Assembly (NCBI GenBank): GCA_034669905.1
Contig: JAXMOL010000014.1
Coordinates: 64,001 to 128,000, forward strand
DNA from: Candidatus Hydrogenedentota bacterium
Lineage (GTDB): Bacteria; Hydrogenedentota; Hydrogenedentia; Hydrogenedentales; JAEUWI01
Direction: 5' to 3'
DNA length: 64,000 nucleotides
The notes under the pieces were generated by a model. It worked only from the letters and a program-made list of their open reading frames with translations. It ran no database searches and had not been told where the DNA came from. The stretch's first letter is position 1; each line of letters opens with the position of its first letter. This document shows positions 37,607 through 48,500 of the stretch, one piece after another. The position numbers were made by a program, and so were the translations under genes.

Positions 37607-40600
37607 TTAGCTGCGTGCCGGCCGACGACGCACCAGGAAGAGCAGGGCCAGAACACCCAACATGAGGGTCAGGTCGGTGACCAGGCCACCACCAATGGGT
37701 GTGGTAGGCGCACAGGTCATACCGGGCTCTTTCTCGCCTTCCCCTTCGCCCTCACCTTCTCCTTCGCCCTCGCCCTCGCCTTCACCTTCGGTGCCCACCT
37801 GGTTACCCATGGGCACCACGACACTCTTGATTTCGCCCGCACCAACCGTGACGCCTACGTTCGCATCCACATAGCCATTCGATACGCAGACCACATCATA
37901 GGCCCCGGCGATAACCGCGGGGAACGCATAGACGCCGGCCTCGTTTTCGGTTACCGGACCAAAGCCCGTGCCCTGCAGGGTGACCGTCGCCGCCGTCAGA
38001 CGCTTCTGGTCACTCTTATCGAAAAGGGTGCAGAACACACTCGACGCCAGTACGGCCGAACCCGCCTTCAATTTGGGCAGGAAGTCACCCGGACCCGAAA
38101 TCAGGGCGTCCACTTCATTATCATCATCCGTGCCCCAGTCGTTGTTCTCCATGCGGAGCACATCGTCGGTTTCATTGATCACGGCTATCGGATTCTCGAC
38201 GGGATTGGTACCTTCCGCATTGAACGTGAAGGTATTGAACCCGCTCCGCGAATCGGTCTCGGAGCTCAGGCCACCGTCCGCATCAAGCGAAGCCGTGCTG
38301 CGCACGTAGATACCCGCGATAGACGGGTCAATAAACATGCTCTTCCGGATAGTTGGCGCACCGCCCGTAATATCCACCCCGATACCCATATCGATGAAGT
38401 CGCAGCTGTCTATCAGTCCGGAGCTGGCCGCTGTGCCCTGGGCCAGAACGCCCGTCACACCCCGATCCGTCTCCACACCAAAGAAGCGTACACGCCGAAT
38501 CTTCATCCCGCTGCTGTTCAGATTGAGCAACGTTCCGGTATTGGCCGTGGTCACCAGATCCACGTCTTCGAGGGACGCATTTTCGGCGCCAGACACCGTG
38601 CCCGTAATCGTGGCCGTCGCCGCACCCTTCGTGCTCGTGCGCGGCGGACCAATCACCGACACATTGGCCACCAACGATAGATTCTCGTTATAGGTACCTG
38701 CGCTGAGCAAGATTCGCTCGACCGTGCCGGAAGACTCCGCCGCCACGCCGAGGGCGAACCCGATGCTCCGCAGCGGTGTGCTGGCACTGCCATTACTCGC
38801 AACGTCCGCACCATTTTCGGAATCAACATACAGCGATTTGCCCGGATCATCGGGGTCTATCGGATTCGTTTCGGCCAGGAACTCTTCCAGGTTGCTGAGG
38901 CCATCGCCATCCTGGTCGGTAAAATTGTCGGGTTCTTCCGCGGGCGACAACGGATTCAGTCCAAAGCGAATTTCGAAGCCATCGGTCATACCATCCCCAT
39001 CGGTATCCGGGTTGTCCGGATCGGTGCCCGCCATCATCTCATCGCAATCGGTCGCACCGTCGCCGTCACTATCGGTAATCGTGTCTTCACACTCCCCTTC
39101 TCCCTCGCCTTCACCGCCCCCCTGGGCAGCCACCGGCGCACTCAGTGCGGATGAGTCGCCGTTACCTGCGCTGGTCTGGAGCGCGGTGTAATTGCTACCC
39201 GCTGGAATACCGCCTTTGGCCCGGCTCGGAATCGTAAAGGCCCACTGCCCAGAGGTATTCGCCGATGTCGTACCCAGAAATTCTCGGGCCTCATCTTCCG
39301 TGTCGCTGAAAACAGATACCAGCGCGTTGGGAATTGCCGTTCCCGATAGGGTGTTGGCCAATACCTGCGTTATCACCGGCGGCTGAATATCGTTGTTGGC
39401 CCCGTTGGACAACGCGATAGCCACGCCCCCGTTCCCATAGATTAAATTCCCTAAAAATCTGTTGCGCACCGTCGTCGCACCATCGACGAACAAGCCGGCG
39501 GCGGTGTTACCCGCGATAACATTTAGCTGCAGCAACTCGATAAACTCGTCCGATCCGGAACCTCCTTTGATGACCTTCATTGGACCGCCCAACTTTTCAC
39601 CCTGCGCCAGACCTTGGAAGAATTGACCGTCCGAAAAGCCGACGAAAGTCTGGGTGACACCATCGAGAAGGCGAATACCGTTGGGATTGTTCCCCACGGT
39701 GGCGTTACCCGCTCGGTTGATACCGATACCAGCGCCGAAGATAAGAGTGCCTTCCGCATCCCCGGAGATCGATATACCGCCACCGGCAGTACCATCGCCA
39801 TTGCCGGATATTAGAAGACCATACTGTCCGGCCTCATACCCCAGAAAAACGGTACTGTCGCTGCCATTGCTGATTTGAACCCCATTACTGCGATTGGGCA
39901 CGGCCTCCATACCGCTGACGTCCAGGCCGATAAAGTTGTTGTAGATCGCATTGGCATCCGAATCTTCGCCGTCAATCAGCACCCCCACCTCGTTGCCCGA
40001 AATAACATTGCGGAGCGAAGGCAACGTAGCGCCGATGAGATTACCGGAACCTCCCCCATCGATCTGGATACCCGCGAGACCATTACCCCCGTCACCAGAT
40101 TCACCGAGGCCGATTTCGCACCCGAAAACGGAATTTTGACTGGCGGAGAATCCCGTAAACAGGATGCCGGCACCCGGGAAGTTGACGATTCGAAGACCCT
40201 CTATCAGCACAGAGTCCCCTTCGACCTGAAGCCCATGTTGCCCATTGCTGAGAAGACTTCCATCCAGGGTAATGCCACCACCACCGCGCACGTAGAGATC
40301 GCTTGCCGTGCTCGGCAAGATGGGCAGCGCACTGTTCAAGACGATAGTGCCCACCACACTAAACGAAATTTCGATATCTTCCAGGGTCTGGACCGCCATC
40401 AATACCTCGCGGAGCGATACCTTCCCATCGGCTCCGGGACTGTTCAGGAGATTCGTCAGGTTGGACGCATCGGGCGCATCCGCCACATCAGAAAGCGTAT
40501 CCACCACCACCTCAAAGACACCGTTTTCCAGGAGCGCCAGATCCAGCAACTCGTTGAAGGTTATCAAATCGTCGCCGTTACTATCGGCATTGTTGAAATC

Positions 40601-42292
40601 TATACTTGACCGACTGGTCTCATTGATAAACTCTAACTCCGTCAACGCATCGTCCCGATCGGTGTCACCCGACAGAAAGATGTTGATGATCTGCTGCGGG
40701 CTGCCGGTCAAGCTAATCGGAATCGGAACGCCTTCACTGAACGCCGACGTGTTCAGCGCGGTGTCGGTAACCGTCGCGGTGAGCGTGCTGACGTGGGTAA
40801 AATTCAGGGTACTGGAAGACGTAAACATGCCGTTTCCATCCGCAGTCGTCTCATCGTAGTACAACTCGCCCTCGTCATCACTCCCGTAGAAAAACTGGAC
40901 CGTTCCATTGGGCACGGTCTGGCCCGTAATAAAACCGTCCACCATGAGTGGATCCAGCGTTGGGGGCACGATACCCTCTTGGGCACCATTCTGCAGGTCA
41001 ATACCCAGACCGCCGTTGTCAAAGATCGAATTGCGTGATATCCTGTTGAAGCGACAATTGCCACCATCCATCCGGATCCCCGCACCGCCGTTGTGCGCGA
41101 TAGAATTACCGGTCGAGAAGGAGTCGCCACCGATGGTGTTGTTGGTCGAATCCCCCACCAACGTAATCCCCGACGAGCCGTTGGGCACTTCGGTGAAAAA
41201 GTCGGAAGACTGGCCGATGAAGTTGCCTTGAATCATATTGTTGGAAGAGGAGAGTAGATAGACACCTTCCGTCGTGTTACCGCCAATCACATTGCGACCC
41301 GAGAAAAACGTGGAACCAATCTGATTGTTCTCCGCGCCGCCCGTGCCGTCGACATAGATCCCCTCATCGTTCGGTATCGGCGTCCTATCATCGCCGGCCA
41401 CGCCAATCCGATTGCCTTCGACCATATTGCCGGTGGACGCACCCCGTAATTCCAGGCCGGCAAAGCGATTGCCCGAAAGAATATTCCCCTCGCCGCTCGC
41501 CGTGCCACCAATCATGTTGTTCGTCGCGCCATTAATCAGAATGCCATTTCCGCCATTCTCCACCTCCACCTGGCCGGTCGCGTCCGTGCCGATAAAATTA
41601 CCCTGGATGGAATTCATTGAACTCCCCCCCGTAATCAACACCCCATCCAGCACGTTGCCGGAAATGATATTGCGATCCACCTCCGTCGTGCCCCCCACCT
41701 GATTAAGGGATGCGCCATCCTCTATGACCACGCCATAGGTATTGAAAAGGTTTATCGCCCCTTTCGATTTCAAATTAGCACTCAGACCCAACGTGCAGCC
41801 CACGACCGTATTGTTGGTCGCGCCCACCCCCGTAATCCGCACGGCCGCCTGGAAGCCCACGATAGTCGCATCTCGAATTACATTCCCCGAACCGAGCAGT
41901 CGAATGCCGTCAATCGACGGGGTTCCACTGCCGTTGAGCAGCGTCAGCTTGTCTTCTCCCTCGATAGTCAGGGTACCCGACGCCACATCAACGTCGGGAA
42001 GGGCGTTTTCCACGATATACTCACCCGCTTCGAAGAACGTGATGATTGCGCCGTCGATCGTGGAATTGGCCGCGAACATGGCTTCCCTCAAGGAAATCTT
42101 GCCATCCGGCCCGGGATTTTCGGTTATCGTCGTGAGCGACGTGGGGTCTCCATCGAAGACATCTTCGAAGGTGGTCACTTGGATTGTGTCCGTCCCCTTC
42201 TCCGCTCCCTGCACAAGCGATGGATTCGCCATGGAAAGTAACAGGGCGAAGGCCCCGCCGATTACCGTTCTAAGACCTGGCTTCACTATCAT
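37607..42292 (-). CDS. Giant surface protein (about 1560 aa): CSLREA-like and parallel beta-helix repeats, EF-hand-like pair, TSP3-like repeats, DUF1565-like region, carboxypeptidase-regulatory-like domain, (GE)n linkers, C-terminal TM anchor
   Basis: DGKISLREA, RNIISGN and GNFIG repeats, DSDGDG/DTDGDG, TPLRSIGFAL, GEGEGEGE, TM plus RRR tail. Start placed at MIVKP (alternative 42304). Confidence 0.82.
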   Translation of the reverse strand: MIVKPGLRTVIGGAFALLLSMANPSLVQGAEKGTDTIQVTTFEDVFDGDPTSLTTITENPGPDGKISLREAMFAANSTIDGAIITFFEAGEYIVENALPDVDVASGTLTIEGEDKLTLLNGSGTPSIDGIRLLGSGNVIRDATIVGFQAAVRITGVGATNNTVVGCTLGLSANLKSKGAINLFNTYGVVIEDGASLNQVGGTTEVDRNIISGNVLDGVLITGGSSMNSIQGNFIGTDATGQVEVENGGNGILINGATNNMIGGTASGEGNILSGNRFAGLELRGASTGNMVEGNRIGVAGDDRTPIPNDEGIYVDGTGGAENNQIGSTFFSGRNVIGGNTTEGVYLLSSSNNMIQGNFIGQSSDFFTEVPNGSSGITLVGDSTNNTIGGDSFSTGNSIAHNGGAGIRMDGGNCRFNRISRNSIFDNGGLGIDLQNGAQEGIVPPTLDPLMVDGFITGQTVPNGTVQFFYGSDDEGELYYDETTADGNGMFTSSSTLNFTHVSTLTATVTDTALNTSAFSEGVPIPISLTGSPQQIINIFLSGDTDRDDALTELEFINETSRSSIDFNNADSNGDDLITFNELLDLALLENGVFEVVVDTLSDVADAPDASNLTNLLNSPGADGKVSLREVLMAVQTLEDIEISFSVVGTIVLNSALPILPSTASDLYVRGGGGITLDGSLLSNGQHGLQVEGDSVLIEGLRIVNFPGAGILFTGFSASQNSVFGCEIGLGESGDGGNGLAGIQIDGGGSGNLIGATLPSLRNVISGNEVGVLIDGEDSDANAIYNNFIGLDVSGMEAVPNRSNGVQISNGSDSTVFLGYEAGQYGLLISGNGDGTAGGGISISGDAEGTLIFGAGIGINRAGNATVGNNPNGIRLLDGVTQTFVGFSDGQFFQGLAQGEKLGGPMKVIKGGSGSDEFIELLQLNVIAGNTAAGLFVDGATTVRNRFLGNLIYGNGGVAIALSNGANNDIQPPVITQVLANTLSGTAIPNALVSVFSDTEDEAREFLGTTSANTSGQWAFTIPSRAKGGIPAGSNYTALQTSAGNGDSSALSAPVAAQGGGEGEGEGECEDTITDSDGDGATDCDEMMAGTDPDNPDTDGDGMTDGFEIRFGLNPLSPAEEPDNFTDQDGDGLSNLEEFLAETNPIDPDDPGKSLYVDSENGADVASNGSASTPLRSIGFALGVAAESSGTVERILLSAGTYNENLSLVANVSVIGPPRTSTKGAATATITGTVSGAENASLEDVDLVTTANTGTLLNLNSSGMKIRRVRFFGVETDRGVTGVLAQGTAASSGLIDSCDFIDMGIGVDITGGAPTIRKSMFIDPSIAGIYVRSTASLDADGGLSSETDSRSGFNTFTFNAEGTNPVENPIAVINETDDVLRMENNDWGTDDDNEVDALISGPGDFLPKLKAGSAVLASSVFCTLFDKSDQKRLTAATVTLQGTGFGPVTENEAGVYAFPAVIAGAYDVVCVSNGYVDANVGVTVGAGEIKSVVVPMGNQVGTEGEGEGEGEGEGEGEGEGEKEPGMTCAPTTPIGGGLVTDLTLMLGVLALLFLVRRRPARS

Positions 42293-42525
42293 TCCTCTAC
42301 CCATTCCTCTACCCACCTCTTGCGCCACACACGTGCAGACGCGGTTTTTATGGCTATTTGAGTCAGACGCCTGACGAACGTGGCCCGCACGACCATGCCG
42401 TCTGCTGCCTGCGTCTCTTACAGTATACCTTACACGCGACGGACTTGCGCTGCTCCTTATTCTATTCCTGAGCACCGATTTCGTCACACGATCGCCCTGC
42501 GGGATATACGGATCGCGAACATCCC

Positions 42526-42576
42526 AAAAAACAAAGAAACGGCGGAGAGAACCCAGGTTGGGCTCACTCCGCCGTT
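42526..42576 (-). terminator. Rho-independent terminator between the two giant genes
   Basis: AACGGCGGAG...CTCCGCCGTT stem preceded by an A-rich run on + (U-rich tail on the minus strand). Confidence 0.7.
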
Positions 42577-42594
42577 GTGGTTTGTCAGGGTTAT

Positions 42595-45500
42595 TTAGTC
42601 GCGCCCATCCCTGCGGATACGGACACCCGCCCGGTGGCTGACCAGCAGCACACCCAGCAGCAACGCCACCAGCAGCATATCGCTACCGATTCCACCGATG
42701 GGGCCCTTCGCCGGACTACAGCTCGGACCACCCTCTTTGATGACCGGGCTTGTCAGGGCCACGATGCGTGATCCCAGTTCACCGACAGCCAACACCACAT
42801 CGGTGCTCTGCTCTTCGAAGCCAAAGGCCGATACGGAGATGGCATAGCTGCCACTGCGGAGGACCGGCAAAGCGTAGACGCCGTTGCGGTTCCGGGTGAC
42901 CGATACGGAGGCACCGGAGGAATCCGTCACCGTGACTTCCGCCGTGGAAATCCGGGTCTGATTCGCGGCCGTCCAGACCGTCACAAAGAGGCTGGACGTG
43001 TCACCCGCCGTGCCCGGCACAAGCAAGGGCTCTACATCCACCGGGCCACTGACCAGATTGCTCTGGATAGCGTTCACATCGGTCGTTCCCCAGTCGTTCT
43101 GTTCGGCGCGCAAGGTCGTGCTCAGGGAATTAATCACCGCACGCCCTTCAACCACACCGGCGAAGAGATTCGAGCCGGTCGACGGGTCACTGACGTTACC
43201 CAGCGATACGCCACTGCTGATGCTGGCGGTAGCGCGGACGAAGACGCCAGCCACACTGGTGTTTTCAAAGGTACAACGACGAATCATGGGCAGCGCGCCA
43301 CCCACATCAATACCCACCGAGAGGCTGGTAAACAGGCATCCATCCACCACCGAGTCGGCGGTATTGGAACCATCCACCATGATACCGGCAGCGGGTCGTG
43401 CCGCCGATCCCCGGAAGATAACATTCGTCACGGTCATCAAAACGTTGTCCATCACCAGCATGACATCGTCGCTGGTGAAGGCCGCGATCTCGAGATTCTC
43501 CAGGGCGCTGTTGTTGGCACCAAAGACCGTACCTTCAATCCGCGGCACCGTGCCCGTGGCACCCACCAGGGTCACCCAGGGCTTGAGCACCACGTCTTCG
43601 GCATAATTTCCTTCACCCACAATCAGGCGGACCGGATTGGTGGCCGAAGGCGCAACCTGCTCCAGCGCGTAGCTGATGGTGTTCCACGGAGAAGCCGCCG
43701 AGCCACCGATGGTCGCATTCGCACCGTTAGCGGCGATGAAGAAGGACTCCGCCGGGCTGTTCGGATCCGTCGGATCAGAGCCAATCAGGAATTCTTCCAA
43801 CTGGCTGAGGCCGTCACCGTCCAGGTCGATTTCGGAATCCGGCGTGGAGGGGCTGGAACCCGTTTCTTCTTCCACATTATCCGGCACACCATCGCCATCG
43901 GAGTCGATGCTGTTGTCGCTCGTACCGAGGCACGCCTCCACACAAGCCGACAGGCCATCGCCGTCTTCATCGATTTCGTTGGCCGCATCCGACTCACACT
44001 GCGTTTCACAGGGTGCGGGGCACTGGGCCACGATGACCGTACGCGTAACCCGCTGGGCCACGTTGCCGAAGCTGTCGGTCACGTCGTAATTTACAAAGTA
44101 CTGTCCGGAAGTCGTCGTATCGACGCTGCCAGAAATTACGATATTGTTGCTCAGGTCGCCGTCACAGGCATCCGATGCCGTGGCACCCAATTCGTCGTAC
44201 ATGCCATTGCACGCCACGTTTACCGTGGCCGAACCGTTCAGGATGATCGTCGGCACCGTGGTATCTTCCACCCGGACGATACGCGTCACCGGAATGGCCA
44301 CGTTACCGGCCGCATCGCTGGCCGTGTAGGTCAGCGTGTAGTTACCCGGCTCGGAGCTGTCCACCACGCCCGAAACAATCGCCGGCAGATCGCCGTCGCA
44401 GGCATCCTGCACCGTCGCACCGGGGTCCGCGAAGTTGTCGCTGCAGGCCACCGTCAGGTCGGCACCACCCACCAGCGTAATCACCGGTACCGTCGTGTCC
44501 ACCACATTCACCACGCGAATCACCTCTGCCGCCACATTGCCGGAGGCATCGGTCGCATTGTAGCGAACGGTATACACACCCACCGTACCCGGCTCCACCG
44601 GATTCGTCGTGGTAATCGTGACATCTGCGTCGCAGTTGTCGCTGACCGTCGCACCCGCATCCAGGTAGCCGGTACCACATTCCAGGGTGACCGATCCGCT
44701 GCCCAACAGGGTGATAACCGGCTTCGTCGTGTCGGCCACCGTTACCGTACGGGTAATCGGCGTGGACACATTGCCCTGGCTGTCCTGCGCTTCATAGGTC
44801 AGCACATAGACCCCGGGGTTGGCCGTATCGACCGAACCCGTGACAGTTACGTTGACTTCGCCTTCACAGGCATCCGTCGCGGTCGCACCGGCATCTTCAT
44901 AGACGCTGGCGCAATTGACGACCAACGCCGAATTGCCGCTGAGCACCAGGTCCGGTGCTTCTGTATCCACCACCGTAATGCTTCGCTCAAGCGGCGTGGC
45001 CTCCTGGCCAGCGTTGTCGGATATCTCATAGCGAATCGTATAGCTGCCAAGCCCCGTCGTGGAGACCTCGGTCACCGGCGTGTTGCCCTGCAGGATCGTT
45101 ACCACGATATTATTCGTAATGTTGCCATCCACATCATCCGTGGCGGTGGCACCCGCATCCACATAGGGACCCGATCCGCATTCGATCTGCAGACTGGCGC
45201 TACCCAGCAGGGTCAGCACCGGGGGCTCCAAATCCACCAATAACGGGTCGCTGAATTCAGACGTATTCCCGTCGGCATCCGTCGCGGTCGCGGTGAGGAA
45301 ACGGCCCGCATAAGACGTCAGGTCAACGTCGATTTCAAAGAGGCCCGCACCATCGGCCGTGACCGTGGCAACCAACGTCTCCCCTTCGTCCTCGGCGTCC
45401 GCGAAAATCTCCACCGTGCTGTTGGCCTCCGCCGTGCCCGAAATCGGGGTAGCGGATTCGATTTCCGGTGATTCCAGATCGCCGTTGCCGCCGTTGGTGA

Positions 45501-48500
45501 GGTCGATACCCACACCCAGATTGTCCGTGATTTCATTGCCACGGATCGTGTTACCCAGGGAGGCCGCGCCGTCAATGCGAACGCCCGTGCCGTTGCCGCT
45601 GATCGTGTTGCCCGCACCGGCATCCGTTCCGCCGATGACATTGTTCGAGGCACTGCCTGCGACCGTCACGCCGCTGGACACGTTGCCCAGGGTGGCCGCG
45701 CCACTGGCGTTCAACCCGATGCCGTTACCGAGCACCACGTTACCCGTGGTATCGGTGCTGGTGATATACACACCCGACTCGCTGTTGGCAGAAATGAGGT
45801 TGCCCTCGCCTTCGGCCGTGCCACCCACTTCGTTGTCGGAGGCCTGATTCTGAATCAACACGCCGTGCTCGCCATTGGCCAGGCTCGCGCTTCCGGCCGC
45901 ATTCACACCGATGTAGTTGCCGATCACCCGGTTACCCGTGGTGTCCGCATCGGTCAGCGATACGCCGCTGTCCGTGTTCGAAGCGATTATGTTGCGATCG
46001 TCCGCGTCGGCACCACCCACGAGGTTATCCGAGGCGCCGTTGCGAATCAGGACCCCGTGGCCGCCGTTACCCATAGCCGTCGAGCCATTGGTGCCAATAT
46101 AGTTATCGGCGATGACGTTGCCCGTGGCGGATGCACCGACCACTTCGACACCGCTGCCCGGGAAATTAACAATCGTCAGCCCACGGAGGACGTTGTCCGC
46201 CGACGTAAGCTGCAGGCCCACCAGGTTACCGCCCAGGGCAGAGCCGTCAATGACCAACGTACCCGCGCCATCGATCGTCGTGCCGCCATCCGTCAGCGAC
46301 GGAAGACCCGACGTCAGGAAGATGGTGCCACCCACGGTAAAGCTGATGGTGTCGGCACCCGCACGGTTGTTGGCCGCGATAATTGCTTCACGCAAGGAGA
46401 TGACGCCGTCTTCACCCGGGTCCTTCAGCAGGTGTGCCGGGGACTGGGTATCGCCGTCGGCCACATCACTGACCGTGGAGACCGCCGCCGTATTCGTGTC
46501 GGCGTCAATCACGATCACCGTCGCCGTTGCACTTGGCGTATCACCCAGGATGTTGGTTACGACGCAACGGTAGGCGCCGGCATCCGTCAGCCGTGCGCCG
46601 GTGTTGCTCAGCGTCGCCGTCTGGGCGCCCGACACCGTGGCATCATCCACCACGTCTTCAAATTCGCTGGCACCCGAAGGAAGCACTTCCCACTGATAGG
46701 TGATAGGTTCGGAACCGGTGGCCGTCACCGTAAGGGAGAAGCCTTCACCCGCGACTACCGTCACGCTATCCGGATTGTCGGTTAACGTGGGGGGCGTCAG
46801 CGAAAGGGGCTCAGAAAACTCCGACGTGCTACCCGTCGTGGTGTTGGTCGCTGTTGCCGTGATGTTGTTGGCCGTCAGGGAACCGATATCCACCGCAAGG
46901 GTGAAATCACCACTGCCATCCGCCGTCGTGCTGCCCAGGTAATTCTGGCCCTCATCGGCGTCATCCGAGAAGATATCCACCGTGGCATTGGCCAGCGCCG
47001 TACCCGCAATGGGACCAACACCCGTCACAACCGGTGCAGCAATACTTTCGTTCGCCGTTTCTTCCAGGGCAATGCCCTTGAGCGTGTTGCCATAGATGGT
47101 GTTACCACGCACGGTGGACAGGCTGCTCACATCCAGGGTATCGCCACCCTTGATTCGAACGCCATTCTCCAGGTTGCCCGCGATAATGTTCCCTTCGCCA
47201 GCGCCAAAGCCACCCAGCTCAACTTCTTCATCCACCTGAAGCAAGGCCACGCCATTCGCGCCATTGGGAATAGTGGCCGTGCCCGTTGCCGCAAGACCAA
47301 TACGGTTGCCGAAGATCTTGATGTTGTCCGGGGTACCGGTTGCGTCCGGACGACGACCGACGCGAATACCGTCTACGCCGTTACCCGAAATAACGTTCCC
47401 TTCACCCGCGTCCGTGCCGCCAATAAGGACCCGGCGTGCCTGTGGTCCTACCAGCACACCCATCAGACCATTCGGAATCGCCGCAGTGCCATCCTTATTG
47501 GTACCGATCAGATTACCCTGAATAAACAGGACGGGTTGGTCACCGGCTCCCGCGGTCATCTGGTAAACCACGATACCGTCATTCGCGTTACCCGAAATAA
47601 CGTTCCCCTCTCCCTCGCCCATGCCACCGATGCGCACATTGTCCACATCCTGGGTCACATAGATGCCAGAGAAGGCATTGGGATTCGCCGACATACCGGT
47701 TACATCCACACCCACATAGTTGCTGTAGAAGAAGACGTCGCTCGCATTGAAAATGCTCACGCCCGTGGTGTTGGAAGAGAACAGGTTGCCGAAACCGGGG
47801 CTGCCGATATACAGATCAGAACCGCCCTCAATGGAAAAGCCCAGCGAACTACCTGTGGATTCGTTGCCTTCCACGCGTATGTTGGTGCAACCGGTAAGTC
47901 GAATATTGGACGCACCCAGCGTTCCGTTCACGTGGCCGCTGATTTTGTTGCCGGCACCTTCCATGGCACCACCAATTTCACCAGAGGCTAGCCCACTGAA
48001 ATGCACACCGTCGGTGACGTTACGGGTGATAACGTTGCCGCGCACAATGTTGTTCGTCGATCCAACGCCCTGCACGTAGACGCCCTTACCGTACGTAGGA
48101 CGACTGGCATTACCACAGGAAAGGGGACAACCCCGCTCCGGTGCGCCGTTACGGGCAATGATATTTCCTTCCCCTTCTCCCGCACCACCGATCAGGTTGT
48201 CCGAGGCATTTCCGTCGATAACCACCCCTGCGTAGCCATTCGGGACCGGGTTCACCCCCGACACGTCCACACCAATATAGTTACCCTGAACCACGTTGTT
48301 GGTCGTACTCGCGCCACTGATGTAGACACCGTGACCCAGGTCCAGCGTAAGGTACCCGATGACCTTGTCGTCCGCATCGAGAATTTCGGCAAGCTCGTTG
48401 GTGCCGTTACCCGATATGACGTTACGCTCATCGGAATCGCTACCACCAATGATATTGTTGTCGGCACCACCCAGAATCGCAATCCCGTGCTCGTGGTTAC

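Noticed and set aside
37730..37790. CCTTCG/CCCTCG hexamer repeats as a DNA-level or phase-variable repeat
   Set aside because: In-frame (GE)n linker with varied synonymous codons, so a protein-level feature.
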